A program made the translations under genes and the position numbers. DNA of 64,000 bases from an uncultured Gammaproteobacteria bacterium (GTDB taxonomy: Bacteria > Patescibacteriota > Microgenomatia > UBA8517), in the NCBI GenBank assembly GCA_964431555.1, contig CAYSJW010000023.1, forward strand, positions 33,368 through 97,367, read 5' to 3'. The notes under the pieces are model-generated. The model saw nothing but the letters and a program-made list of their open reading frames with translations. It had not been told where the DNA came from and made no database searches. Positions 18,582 through 28,222 of the stretch are shown piece by piece; the first letter of the stretch is position 1; each line of letters opens with the position of its first letter.

Positions 18582-18709
18582 TTCACAAGAACCGGGCAGG
18601 GGAAATAAATCATACCTAGTATATAAAAAATCTATATATATATCAATTCTTCCGCTTTATTCCGATAAATTACTTATAGAAAAGGTTTTCCACTTATGAA
18701 TATGGCAAA

Positions 18710-19423
18710 ATGCTTAACTTTCAACTAAAATTAACCCGTATGAAAATATGCAAAATTTATAAAAAATACAAAACGATGCCGAAACTACAGCTTCACATGT
18801 TTAAAGTTGCTGGTGTTGCTTTGATGATCTGCGAGAATATCAAAAAACCAATTAACAAAGACTTGGTTGTTTCTACTTGTTTAATCCACGATATTGGCAA
18901 CGTTGTTAAATTTGACTTCCAATCCAAATATTTTCCGGACTCCTGGTTTGCTCCACAAGGCAGAGGTTATTGGAAAAAAATTAAGAGGGAATTTATAAAA
19001 AAATACGGTAGCAAGGATTATCTCGCAAACTACCTGATCGCAAAAGAACTAAAAATACCCCAAGATGGACTAAAAATTATTAAATCAATGAAGCTTCGAA
19101 ATATGATCAAGATATACAAATCAAACAATTTTAATCTAAAAATCTGCGAATATTCAGACTTAAGGGTTAAACCGAATGGAGTTTGCTCACTAAAGGAAAG
19201 GTTGGATGAGGGTTTCAGCCGATATAATTTAAATCATAAATTAAAAAGTGAAAAGATGAAAACTCTCGTCAGATATATTTATAAACTTGAGAAACAGATT
19301 TTCAAATACTGCAAAATAAAACCTGAGGATATCACTGAAAATAAAATCAAAAGTTATCTTAATCAACTAAAAAACTTCGAAGTAAAAACTCAAGCCACTA
19401 ATGGCCAAGCTCAGGAAAAATAA
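18710..19423 (+). CDS. HD-domain phosphohydrolase-like protein. The start codon is uncertain; alternative ATGs lie at 18740 and 18776.
   Basis: H...HD motif (HMFKVAG...CLIHDIGN). Confidence 0.55.
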   Translation: MLNFQLKLTRMKICKIYKKYKTMPKLQLHMFKVAGVALMICENIKKPINKDLVVSTCLIHDIGNVVKFDFQSKYFPDSWFAPQGRGYWKKIKREFIKKYGSKDYLANYLIAKELKIPQDGLKIIKSMKLRNMIKIYKSNNFNLKICEYSDLRVKPNGVCSLKERLDEGFSRYNLNHKLKSEKMKTLVRYIYKLEKQIFKYCKIKPEDITENKIKSYLNQLKNFEVKTQATNGQAQEK

Positions 19424-20174
19424 TCCTAACAACCACAATAATTAAAATGCCTATCAATAAAAAGGCCGCCTGCTTGACGATTGACTTTCTTGATGTATGC
19501 ACCGCCTCGGGCAAAAAATCAGTTGTTGCTACATAAAGAAAAAATCCCGCCGCCAACGCCAAAAGAATTCCAACTCCTTCTTCAATTTTTTCAGCGTAAA
19601 AGTAGGTCAAAAAAGCTCCCGGAAATGTTGCCAGGGATGAGAGAAAATTAGCAATGAAAACCTTCCTTCTATTCCATCCTTTGGCCAGAAGTATGCCGAA
19701 ATCGGCTATCTCATGAGGAGTTTCATGCATAAAAGTTGATAAAGAAACCAAAAACGACAAAGGTGGATTCACCAAAAAAGAAGCTCCGATTACAACGCCG
19801 TCCAAAAAATTATGTATCGTATCCCCAAATATTACCAAAGGAACTACAGTTTCTCCTTTTGCATGAGAATGGCCTTTATGAGTTTCATTTTCTTCCAAAT
19901 GATGGTGCATGTAAAATAAAAACCTTTCAATCAAAAACAAAACCACAAAAACAGCCAAAATTACGGAAAAAGAACCTTTGCCAAATTCTTCAACCGCCTC
20001 GGGCAAAAGATCCAAAAAAGAAAGCGACAATAAAACACCAGCGGCTAAAGGAACAGATATTGAAGCCAGTTTTTTTGCCCACTCTTCCCTAAAAAGCAAA
20101 ATAACTCCACCAATTAACCCTGCAACACTGCCTACAAAAGAAAATAATAAAAGCAAAGTTATATCAAATTTCAT
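19398..20174 (-). CDS. zupT: ZIP-family divalent metal (zinc) transporter.
   Basis: HNFLDGVVIGASF and HETPHEIADFGIL signature blocks. 8 TM. Confidence 0.8.
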   Translation of the reverse strand: MKFDITLLLLFSFVGSVAGLIGGVILLFREEWAKKLASISVPLAAGVLLSLSFLDLLPEAVEEFGKGSFSVILAVFVVLFLIERFLFYMHHHLEENETHKGHSHAKGETVVPLVIFGDTIHNFLDGVVIGASFLVNPPLSFLVSLSTFMHETPHEIADFGILLAKGWNRRKVFIANFLSSLATFPGAFLTYFYAEKIEEGVGILLALAAGFFLYVATTDFLPEAVHTSRKSIVKQAAFLLIGILIIVVVRIIFPELGH

Positions 20175-20213
20175 CTTCTAATATGATACAATCTCGGAAG
20201 TAACATAAACAAT

Positions 20214-22016
20214 ATGAAAAAAAACTGGGATCTATCACCACTTTTCAAATCGGAAAATGACCCACAGATTGAAATCACCAAAGCAAAGGCTGAAGAAGAA
20301 ACAGAAAAGTTTGTAAAAAAATGGAAAAAAAATAATCAGTATTTAAATGATCCAGATACACTCAAAAAGGCACTAGATGAATATGAAAAATACCTAAGAT
20401 TCTTCGGAGCGGCTTATAATGTCAGATACTTTTTCCATTTATTAACCTCACTTGATCAGAACAATACCAGTCTAAAAGCCAAGGAAAATAAAATTATTGA
20501 ATTTTCCAAAAATTTGGAAAATAAAATACAGTTTTTTGAAATAAATCTTTCAAAAATTGACACTAAAAAACAAAAAATATTTCTCAATAACAAAAGTCTA
20601 AAACCATATAAGCACTTTTTAGAAAAACTTTTCATACGGGGAAAACATACACTTTCTGAGGCGGAAGAAAAAATAATTAACTTAAAATCAATCCCAGCTC
20701 ACAACAATTGGGTACGAATGGTCAGTGGGTTTTTAGCAAAAGAGGAAGCAAAAGTGAAAGACGAAGATAAAAAGATAAAAACAAAAACTCTCCCAGATCT
20801 TTTGGGTTTAATGAACAGCAAAGACAAAAAGGTTCGTGATATTGCTGCAAAAGCTTTCAACTTCATTCAAAAAAAGTATGCGGATATTGCCGAACATGAA
20901 ATAAATTCAATAGTTTTAGATAAAAAAATCGACGACGATTTAAGAGGGTTTAATCGACCGGATAAATCAAGACATATAAATGACGATATTGAAACCGAAA
21001 TTGTTGATGTTTTAATTAAAACAGTAAGTTCGCATTTTGAAATAGCAAAAAAATACTACAAGCTTAAAGCAAAAATTTTGGGAGTCAAAAAACTCAAATA
21101 CCACGAAAGAAATGTTGAAATCGGAAACATCAATAAAAAAATAGACTACGAAAAAGCCGTTTTTATTCTTGAAAAAGCCTTCCAAAAGTTAGATCCCGAA
21201 TTTTTACAAATATTTAAAGATTTTATTCTAAAGGGAAGAGTTGATGTTTATCCCAAAAAAGGAAAGTATAGCGGCGCATTTTGCGATTACGGTCTCATTT
21301 CCCAACCTTCCTATTCTCTTCTTAACTGGACAAATAAGCTCAACGATGTTCTAACTTTCGCTCACGAGATAGGGCACGGAATAAATTTTGAATTGGTAAG
21401 AAAGGCACAAAATGCACTAAATTTTGGAGTAACGGTGACAACCGCAGAAGTAGCTAGCACATTCATGGAAGATTTTGTTTTAGAAGAACTCAAAAAAAAC
21501 ACTGATGATAAAACAAAACTTGCACTTTCTATGATGAAACTAAATGAAGATATTTCCACAATTTTCCGGCAAACAGCTCTATATAACTTCGAATTAGAAC
21601 TACACGACCTAGTCCGAAAAAAAGGATACTTAGATAAATCTGAGATAGGAGAACTGTTTCAAAAACATATGAAATCCTATATGGGACCTTGTGTCGAACA
21701 AAGTGAAGGATCTGAAAATTGGTGGGTTTATTGGTCCCATATAAGGTATTTTTTCTACACCTACTCCTACGCGATGGGGCTTTTAATTTCCAAATATTTG
21801 CAAGCCAAGGTCAAGGAAAATCCTAAATTCATTCTAAAAGTCAAGCAATTTTTATCTGTTGGCCTTTCCGAATCTCCTAAAGAAACTTTCCTAAAACTGG
21901 GAATAGATATCAGAAAAAAAGACTTTTGGCAAAAGGGTATTTCTGAAGTAGAAAATCTTCTTTCTGAAACCGAAAAATTGACTGATAAATTAAAAAATAG
22001 ACTATTCGCTCTTTAG
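20214..22016 (+). CDS. pepF: Oligoendopeptidase F (M3B family).
   Basis: HEIGHG zinc-binding motif (FAHEIGHGINFEL). Length 600 aa. Confidence 0.8.
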   Translation: MKKNWDLSPLFKSENDPQIEITKAKAEEETEKFVKKWKKNNQYLNDPDTLKKALDEYEKYLRFFGAAYNVRYFFHLLTSLDQNNTSLKAKENKIIEFSKNLENKIQFFEINLSKIDTKKQKIFLNNKSLKPYKHFLEKLFIRGKHTLSEAEEKIINLKSIPAHNNWVRMVSGFLAKEEAKVKDEDKKIKTKTLPDLLGLMNSKDKKVRDIAAKAFNFIQKKYADIAEHEINSIVLDKKIDDDLRGFNRPDKSRHINDDIETEIVDVLIKTVSSHFEIAKKYYKLKAKILGVKKLKYHERNVEIGNINKKIDYEKAVFILEKAFQKLDPEFLQIFKDFILKGRVDVYPKKGKYSGAFCDYGLISQPSYSLLNWTNKLNDVLTFAHEIGHGINFELVRKAQNALNFGVTVTTAEVASTFMEDFVLEELKKNTDDKTKLALSMMKLNEDISTIFRQTALYNFELELHDLVRKKGYLDKSEIGELFQKHMKSYMGPCVEQSEGSENWWVYWSHIRYFFYTYSYAMGLLISKYLQAKVKENPKFILKVKQFLSVGLSESPKETFLKLGIDIRKKDFWQKGISEVENLLSETEKLTDKLKNRLFAL

Positions 22017-22045
22017 GGAAAAAGTAAGCGAAAGTCTAGCAATCC

Positions 22046-23323
22046 TCAAGCAACGCGTTCTTTGAGAGCACTGTAAAATTTCTGAAGATAATCTTCCGCA
22101 CGTTCCCAGTGGTCATTACCAAATCCACGCTCGGCTAGATTTCTCTCGAGATTTGCCAAAACTCTCAAGTGGGCTATTTTTGAGGCTTGTAAAAGAGAAA
22201 TTCTGTAAACCTCCGCATAATATTTTCGCGCCGTTTCTTCGGCAGAAAAAGACTCTTCAATACTTTTCTTTTCGCTTAAATCCTGAAGAAATTTAACCTC
22301 CAATGATGCGACAATCGACGGTTCAAAGGCAAGTTTTAATTCATCCTTTATAAGTTTATAAAATTTCTTCAAAGAGGCTTTAGCTTTTTCCCATTTTTTC
22401 TCCTCGCCTGATAAAACCGCTTGTGTCATATATTTTGCGGCTTCAAAAGATAAGTCCCTAGAAAGTCCAAATTGTTCCTTAATATGCTGAATTGCATAAT
22501 CTCTAAATCTCGTACCTTCGGGGATTTTTCTCAACCTCCACCAGTTAAGCTCAAATTTCGCCAAAACTTCAGGTTTAAACCTAAAATGAAGAATTTTATC
22601 CTTTGCACCAAACCTTCTCCTTCTTCTTGAATAATCTAAAATGGCATCCCTTAATTTCTCGGGTGTAAAATCAGGAAGGTGAGATTCTTCAAAGTAAAAC
22701 TCTGTATAAACCATTTGCCAAGGAAGATAACCACTTGTCCTTTGCTCACCTGATGTTCTTATAAAAAGATCAGGATTGGGATAGGGTTGATTGGCTGTAT
22801 CCAAGTATGACTCAAAAAGCTTTTCATCTATCTTAGAAGAGGGGATTTTGTCATCTACTATTTTCCTAACTGCTCTTAGTATTTCGTCTCTACCTCCATA
22901 ATCCAAGGCTAAATTTAAAATATGCTTAGTATTCCTCTTTGTTTCCTCTTCGGCTCTAGCCAATATTCTCAACAAATCACAAGGCAACCTATCCTTCCTA
23001 CCTATATGGTGGAGTTTTACTCCCTCCCTTTTCGCCTCTTCTAAAGTTTCCCGAGTGGTTCTGACAATCAAATCAAAAATCTTTTTTCTCTCGGTATAAG
23101 GCCTTTTCCAATTTTCCGTTGAAAAACCCCAAATAGTTAGTGTGTGGATACCCCAATCTCTGGTTGCACGTATTAAACTCTTTAATGCCTCTGCCCCTTT
23201 TTCGTGTCCTTTGGTTACAGGCAGACCCCTTGATCTCGCCCAGCGACCGTTACCATCTAAAATTATAGCCACATGGTTAGGTATAATCGTCCCTTTAGGC
23301 AGAGGTAATTTATCTGAACTCAT
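22046..23323 (-). CDS. uppS: Undecaprenyl-diphosphate synthase (cis-prenyltransferase) carrying an about 175-aa C-terminal helical extension.
   Basis: NHVAIILDGNGRWA and ...ENWKRP... UppS blocks in the first about 250 aa. The remainder is uncharacterised. Confidence 0.8.
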   Translation of the reverse strand: MSSDKLPLPKGTIIPNHVAIILDGNGRWARSRGLPVTKGHEKGAEALKSLIRATRDWGIHTLTIWGFSTENWKRPYTERKKIFDLIVRTTRETLEEAKREGVKLHHIGRKDRLPCDLLRILARAEEETKRNTKHILNLALDYGGRDEILRAVRKIVDDKIPSSKIDEKLFESYLDTANQPYPNPDLFIRTSGEQRTSGYLPWQMVYTEFYFEESHLPDFTPEKLRDAILDYSRRRRRFGAKDKILHFRFKPEVLAKFELNWWRLRKIPEGTRFRDYAIQHIKEQFGLSRDLSFEAAKYMTQAVLSGEEKKWEKAKASLKKFYKLIKDELKLAFEPSIVASLEVKFLQDLSEKKSIEESFSAEETARKYYAEVYRISLLQASKIAHLRVLANLERNLAERGFGNDHWERAEDYLQKFYSALKERVA

Positions 23324-23378
23324 AAGGGGATTATAACAACTTTTGAAATAAATTTGTATCGGAAGTATAATCTGATAA

Positions 23379-24455
23379 ATGAAAAAGGATAATCCAACTC
23401 ATCCTGCACTGGAAACTTTAACGAAATACAAAAATATTCTTTGGCCGGAAATTCAAAAATATTTAAAAGATCCCGCTTATCCAGAAGTATTTAAAATTCC
23501 ATTTAAATATAAAAAAGAAATTAATCACCAATGGGAAATAATCAAAGATTACCCCGAAAGGAAAGGAAAATATATAAGACCGACTCTTGTTTTTTTGAGC
23601 GCTTTATCACTGGGCGTTCCCTTGAAAAAGATTATCAAAACTGCTTCGGCAATGCAGTTGTCTGAAGATTGGCTTTTGATTCACGATGATTTTGAAGATA
23701 ATTCCTTAAAAAGGAGGGGTAAACCTACCCTTCATAGAATTCACGGGCCGGAAATGGCAATAAACGCCGGAGATGGCTTGCACGCAATTATGTGGAAAAT
23801 CCTAGCTGATAATGACACTTTACTTAATAAAAAGCTGTGCAAGAAAATTCTTGATGAATTCTATACGATGATGATTAGAACCGTTTTGGGACAAGGTGTA
23901 GAAATCTACTGGAGTCAAAAAAATTTTCCAAAATTTAGCGATGAGGATTGGTATTTTATTGCCGATGGAAAGACTTCTTACTACACCATTGCTCTTCCTC
24001 TTCGTCTTGGTGCTATTTTAGGGGGTGCAAATTCACCTCAATTGGAAAAATTATCATTTTTTGGATTGAAATTAGGAAGAGGGTTTCAACTGGTTGACGA
24101 CCTACTAGACATTACATCCGATTTTTCAAGGCTTAAAGTACAGGGAAATGATATTTATGAAGGTAAAAAAACTGTTCTTTTGGGACATTTACTTACCCAT
24201 TCAACCAAAAAAGACAAAGAGAAACTTTTAAAAATCCTAAAGAAAAAAACTGACGAGAAAACAAAAGCTGAAGTTGATTGGGTTATCGAAAAAATGCACT
24301 TTTATAAAAGTGTTGATTATGCAAAAAACTTAGCCCAAAAATACAAAAGGGAAGCTCTTTTCATATTTGAAAAGGACCTAAAATTTCTATCTAGAGAGCC
24401 CTTCCGAGAACAACTAAAACAACTTATAGATTTTATTATCGAGAGAAAGTATTAA
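23379..24455 (+). CDS. trans-Polyprenyl diphosphate synthase (FPP/GGPP synthase family).
   Basis: First Asp-rich motif LIHDDFED and second DDLLD. Confidence 0.8.
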   Translation: MKKDNPTHPALETLTKYKNILWPEIQKYLKDPAYPEVFKIPFKYKKEINHQWEIIKDYPERKGKYIRPTLVFLSALSLGVPLKKIIKTASAMQLSEDWLLIHDDFEDNSLKRRGKPTLHRIHGPEMAINAGDGLHAIMWKILADNDTLLNKKLCKKILDEFYTMMIRTVLGQGVEIYWSQKNFPKFSDEDWYFIADGKTSYYTIALPLRLGAILGGANSPQLEKLSFFGLKLGRGFQLVDDLLDITSDFSRLKVQGNDIYEGKKTVLLGHLLTHSTKKDKEKLLKILKKKTDEKTKAEVDWVIEKMHFYKSVDYAKNLAQKYKREALFIFEKDLKFLSREPFREQLKQLIDFIIERKY

Positions 24456-24484
24456 TATCTTACGCAACTTTATAAAATCAGAAG

Positions 24485-25099
24485 TTATCCTCTCTCCAAC
24501 CCTTTTCCTTGAGAGAAAGTTTCTGGTTGGTTAGCCCATGGTCTTTTCTCACCATCCGGTAATTCTAGGAGTCTTTGTCGAAACTGCAATAGATATTCAT
24601 GAGCACTAGGAGCAACCATTATTCTCCATAAACCCGTTTCCCTTATCAAGGACTCTCTTACTTGAGTCGCTCTTGGTGAACCTCCCATTTCTTGATCATG
24701 AAGATCACAAATATCAAAAAGTAAGCCTGACTCTTTCAAACACCTTAAAGCTGATAGTGTTTTTTCCGAACCAGAAAAAAAAACTACAGGTGGTCCTTTT
24801 AATAAATTCGGATTAAGAAAATCTTTTAGAGTTTCCTCTATAGTTCGTCCGGGAAATAAATCAATTACCACTACACCCACTTTTCCTTCCAATAAATATT
24901 CTTTTAGAGTAAGTTTCACAATCTCAGCTGCCTCATTACCTTCCAAAAAGTTTTGTCTACTCCTTTCCCCATTCCATCCTGCAACTCCTATCGTTAAATC
25001 GATGTCGGGATATGAATTTAATATCTCCCTAACTTTATCTAAATGATGAAGGCAAAAAGGTTGAAACCTTCCCAAATAGTAGCCTTTTTTCTTATTCAT
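24485..25099 (-). CDS. Nucleotidyltransferase of the cytidylyltransferase superfamily, most similar to archaeal-type NMN adenylyltransferase (NadM).
   Basis: GRFQPFCLHH (H/TxGH-type motif) near the N-terminus. Size about 200 aa. Confidence 0.5.
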   Translation of the reverse strand: MNKKKGYYLGRFQPFCLHHLDKVREILNSYPDIDLTIGVAGWNGERSRQNFLEGNEAAEIVKLTLKEYLLEGKVGVVVIDLFPGRTIEETLKDFLNPNLLKGPPVVFFSGSEKTLSALRCLKESGLLFDICDLHDQEMGGSPRATQVRESLIRETGLWRIMVAPSAHEYLLQFRQRLLELPDGEKRPWANQPETFSQGKGLERG

Positions 25100-25150
25100 A
25101 AATCTAGAAATGATAATAATACTTTGAGATTAAGCAAAAATCAAACTATA

Positions 25151-25786
25151 ATGTTAGTCACCGATATGAAAAAAACTCCATGTTCAAAACCAAATGAACT
25201 TTCCTCTAAAAACAGTCAAAAGTTTCCGCTCACTGCAAACACATTTACAGTTGTTTACAAACAGTATGCACTTCCACTAATGAAGTTTATAGTTAAAAGA
25301 TTGGGAGGAAATCATGAAGTGGCAGAAGAGGTATTTGCTAAAACTGTAAGTGCAGCCTGGGAAGGCTGGAATAAATTTGAAAATAAATCTAAATTCTTCA
25401 CCTGGCTATGTAAAATTGCCCTAAACAAAATTGCCGACTACTATCGCCAGGAAGTTCACGAAAATTCTACTTTTGTAGCTCCTTTGCTTGAAGAGTTAGC
25501 CAACCGAAACAACGATGAATTAACCGCAGAAGAAAAGTTAATTTTGGATGAGTTAAGAATTTCAGTAAGATCTTGTATTAGTCTTCTTCCTCAAGAAAAG
25601 CGAAATCTTTTGTACTTAAGATATTGGAAAGGTATGACAATCTCCCAAATAGCCGAAATTTTCAAGGTCAGTGAAAGATCAATTGAAGGAAAAATTTATA
25701 GAACAAAGATTACTCTCAAACGAATTTTCAATTCAAAATACCCCGAAATTGCCAAAGCCTACGAAATCAAAAAGAAAAGGTTCTAA
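25151..25786 (+). CDS. RNA polymerase sigma-70 family (ECF-like) sigma factor. The start was moved from the ORF-track position to the internal ATG at 25151 to avoid overlapping the divergent gene.
   Basis: Region 2 (...FAKTVSAAWEGWNKFENKSKFFTWLCKIALNKIADYYRQ) and region 4 HTH (MTISQIAEIFKVSERSIEGKIYR). Confidence 0.75.
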   Translation: MLVTDMKKTPCSKPNELSSKNSQKFPLTANTFTVVYKQYALPLMKFIVKRLGGNHEVAEEVFAKTVSAAWEGWNKFENKSKFFTWLCKIALNKIADYYRQEVHENSTFVAPLLEELANRNNDELTAEEKLILDELRISVRSCISLLPQEKRNLLYLRYWKGMTISQIAEIFKVSERSIEGKIYRTKITLKRIFNSKYPEIAKAYEIKKKRF

Positions 25787-26822
25787 AAAGTTTAGCTTTC
25801 CTAAGATGAGAAATTTTTGAAGCTCCTACCCCAAACATGGCAGTTTTTAACTCCCTTATATATTTTTCTATTAAATTCCCAACGGCATAAGATGATAAAA
25901 GCGCAGCCTTAGCAAAGGGGGCTGCAATTCCTGCCAAATCTGCACCCAAAGACAAAGCCTTTGCAATGTCAACCCCACTTCTTATCCCTCCACTGCCTAA
26001 AATAATCATTTCTTTCTTTAATCTTTTGTTTTTAATTTTTGACTTAAATTGTTTACACATCCTTATTGAATCCACCGTAGGAATTCCCCAATTTGAAAAA
26101 AGCCTTGCAAGATCCAAATTCGCCCTTCCTCTTAAACCTTCTACCATTGCCCAATTTGTTCCACCCCAACCTGCGGTGTCAAAAATTCTTATCCCAATTG
26201 AGTAAAGCCTTTCCACTACATCATAGGAAAGACCAAACCCAACCTCTTTCGCTATAACGGGAACTGATAACTTTTTAACAATCTTTTCCAATTTCAAAAG
26301 TAATCCTTCCCAATTTTTGTTACCCTCTGGTTGTAAAATTTCCTGAATAGGATTTAAGTGTATTACCAAAGCATCCGCTTCGATCATATCTACACATCTT
26401 TGAAATTCGCTTAAAGTAAAGCCATAATTTAATTGGATCAAACCGACATTGGCTAAAAGTAAAATATCAGGAGCAAATTTTCTAATCTTAAAAAGACTCT
26501 CTAAACTTCTATTTTCAATAGCTATTCTCTGACTTCCAACACCAAAAGGAATTTTGTATTTTTGGGCAGCTTTAGCCAGGTTTGTATTTATAATTCCAGC
26601 TTTTTCAACCCCTCCAGTCATACAAGAAATAAAAAAAGGGTAATTAATTTTTTTACCAAGAAATTGTGTGGAAGTATCTATCTTATCAAAGTCAACCTCG
26701 GGAAGAGCATTGTGTATGAACCTATAGGATGAAAATCCGGGATCTCCAACTTGAGAGGATGGCAACAACGAAAACTTTAAATGATCCTTTTTTCTTTTAA
26801 TTATTTTATTGCTATTTTCCAC
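25767..26822 (-). CDS. fni: Type 2 isopentenyl-diphosphate delta-isomerase (FMN-dependent).
   Basis: TIM-barrel FMN blocks ...GSGGIRSGVDIAKALSLGADLAGIA... Confidence 0.85.
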   Translation of the reverse strand: MENSNKIIKRKKDHLKFSLLPSSQVGDPGFSSYRFIHNALPEVDFDKIDTSTQFLGKKINYPFFISCMTGGVEKAGIINTNLAKAAQKYKIPFGVGSQRIAIENRSLESLFKIRKFAPDILLLANVGLIQLNYGFTLSEFQRCVDMIEADALVIHLNPIQEILQPEGNKNWEGLLLKLEKIVKKLSVPVIAKEVGFGLSYDVVERLYSIGIRIFDTAGWGGTNWAMVEGLRGRANLDLARLFSNWGIPTVDSIRMCKQFKSKIKNKRLKKEMIILGSGGIRSGVDIAKALSLGADLAGIAAPFAKAALLSSYAVGNLIEKYIRELKTAMFGVGASKISHLRKAKLFRTFSF

Positions 26823-26827
26823 TAAAA

Positions 26828-27235
26828 TTAACGCTTAGGACTTTGCTTTTTCCTTCTTGCCTTTCCACCAGTATCTGCCTTTCTCCTTTCCCTTTCCCGC
26901 GGATCACGCTTTAATAAACCAGATTTTTTAAGGGGATCACGAAAATTTTTATCAATCTTTGCCAAAGCCCTAGATATGCCAAGTAAAGTGGCTTCCAATT
27001 GACCATTTTTACCTCCCCCCTTGACTTTAACGGTAACATAATACTTATCCAAACCATCCACTACCCTAAACGGCTTCTTCCAAACCTCCTCATCGTTAAC
27101 TCCGACAAAATACTTTTCAAACGCCATACCATTAACCAGATTTTCTCCCTTTCCACGAAACAACCTCACTCTTGCTGAAGCTTCCTTTCTCCTGCCTAAA
27201 GCGTAAATATAATCTTTCTTAGTAACTTTTACCAT
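26828..27235 (-). CDS. rpsI: 30S ribosomal protein S9.
   Basis: GGGKNGQ...RDPRERERRKADTGGKARRKKQSPKR C-terminus. Confidence 0.92.
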   Translation of the reverse strand: MVKVTKKDYIYALGRRKEASARVRLFRGKGENLVNGMAFEKYFVGVNDEEVWKKPFRVVDGLDKYYVTVKVKGGGKNGQLEATLLGISRALAKIDKNFRDPLKKSGLLKRDPRERERRKADTGGKARRKKQSPKR

Positions 27236-27263
27236 GGATTTCTTTAAGGCCTACTCAATTATC

Positions 27264-27698
27264 CTAGCTAGTAAGACCAGTTTTAAACCTCCCTTCGTAT
27301 GGATGCTCTTCTTTTGCAAAAACTTTCAATCGAGCCAATCTTTTCTTTTTTAGCTTATTATCAGGCAACATACCAGCTACTGCGTGCATTAAAACTTTTT
27401 CTGGAGCTTCTTTAATCATTTTTTCAAATGCAAACTCCTTAAAACCACCGGGGTACCCAGAGTGGCTTTTATAAGTTTTCTGTTTCATCTTTCTCCCCGA
27501 CAACTTCAACTCTGAAGCATTTATAACAACAACGAAATCACCAACATCAAGATGATTGGCAAAATAAACTTTGTGCTTACCAATAAGAAGAGATGCAATT
27601 TTACTTGCAATTCTTCCCAAAATTTTTCCCTTAGCATCAATGAGATGCCAATTTCTTTTTATATCACCTTCACCTGGTTGATAAGTTTTTTTGTTCAT
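27264..27698 (-). CDS. rplM: 50S ribosomal protein L13.
   Basis: WHLIDAKGKILGRIAS... Confidence 0.92.
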   Translation of the reverse strand: MNKKTYQPGEGDIKRNWHLIDAKGKILGRIASKIASLLIGKHKVYFANHLDVGDFVVVINASELKLSGRKMKQKTYKSHSGYPGGFKEFAFEKMIKEAPEKVLMHAVAGMLPDNKLKKKRLARLKVFAKEEHPYEGRFKTGLTS

Positions 27699-27714
27699 GA
27701 ATTTAAGCTATTTT

Positions 27715-28218
27715 TTAGGTTTTCTCTTTTCCCTTTAGAATATCTTTTATTGTTCTTTTTTGTTGTTTTTCAACTGATTTAACCTTTTTTTCATTACCTT
27801 TTTTACTATCTTTAGATCTCGACTTTTTGGCTTTTTCGATAGATTCGTCTTTCTTCTTTATCTCTTCACTCCACTCCAACCTAACCATCTTTGCCAAATC
27901 ACCCCGTCTTTCTGGTAAATTAATAATCCTTGTAAACCCACTTTTCTTGGCTGAAAAAGCTGGCAAAATCGTTCCAAAAATTAGGTCGGCAGTTTTCCTA
28001 TCGTTTCCCAACCTCGAATATACCCTTCTTCTTGCCGCAAGCGTTCCCTTTTTGGCTAGATTAATCAATTTTTCAAGGCTTTTTTGAATTGCTTTCGCCT
28101 TAGCCTTAGTTGTCTTTATTTTTCCATTAAGAACCAAAGCTCTCATTAGTGATCTAAAAAGAGCCAGTCTAGTATCTTTTTCCCTGGATAGCTTCCTTCC
28201 AAATACCTTCTTTTTCAT
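27715..28218 (-). CDS. rplQ: 50S ribosomal protein L17 with a Lys-rich C-terminal extension. The start is placed at the internal ATG 28216-28218.
   Basis: ...LFRSLMRALVLNGKIKTTKAKAKA... Confidence 0.88.
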   Translation of the reverse strand: MKKKVFGRKLSREKDTRLALFRSLMRALVLNGKIKTTKAKAKAIQKSLEKLINLAKKGTLAARRRVYSRLGNDRKTADLIFGTILPAFSAKKSGFTRIINLPERRGDLAKMVRLEWSEEIKKKDESIEKAKKSRSKDSKKGNEKKVKSVEKQQKRTIKDILKGKEKT

Positions 28219-28222
28219 ATCT

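Noticed and set aside
25043-25150. Upstream extension of the sigma-factor ORF starting at 25043.
   Set aside because: It would overlap the divergent NMNAT-like gene start by 57 nt. The internal ATG at 25151 gives a conventional sigma-70 N-terminus.
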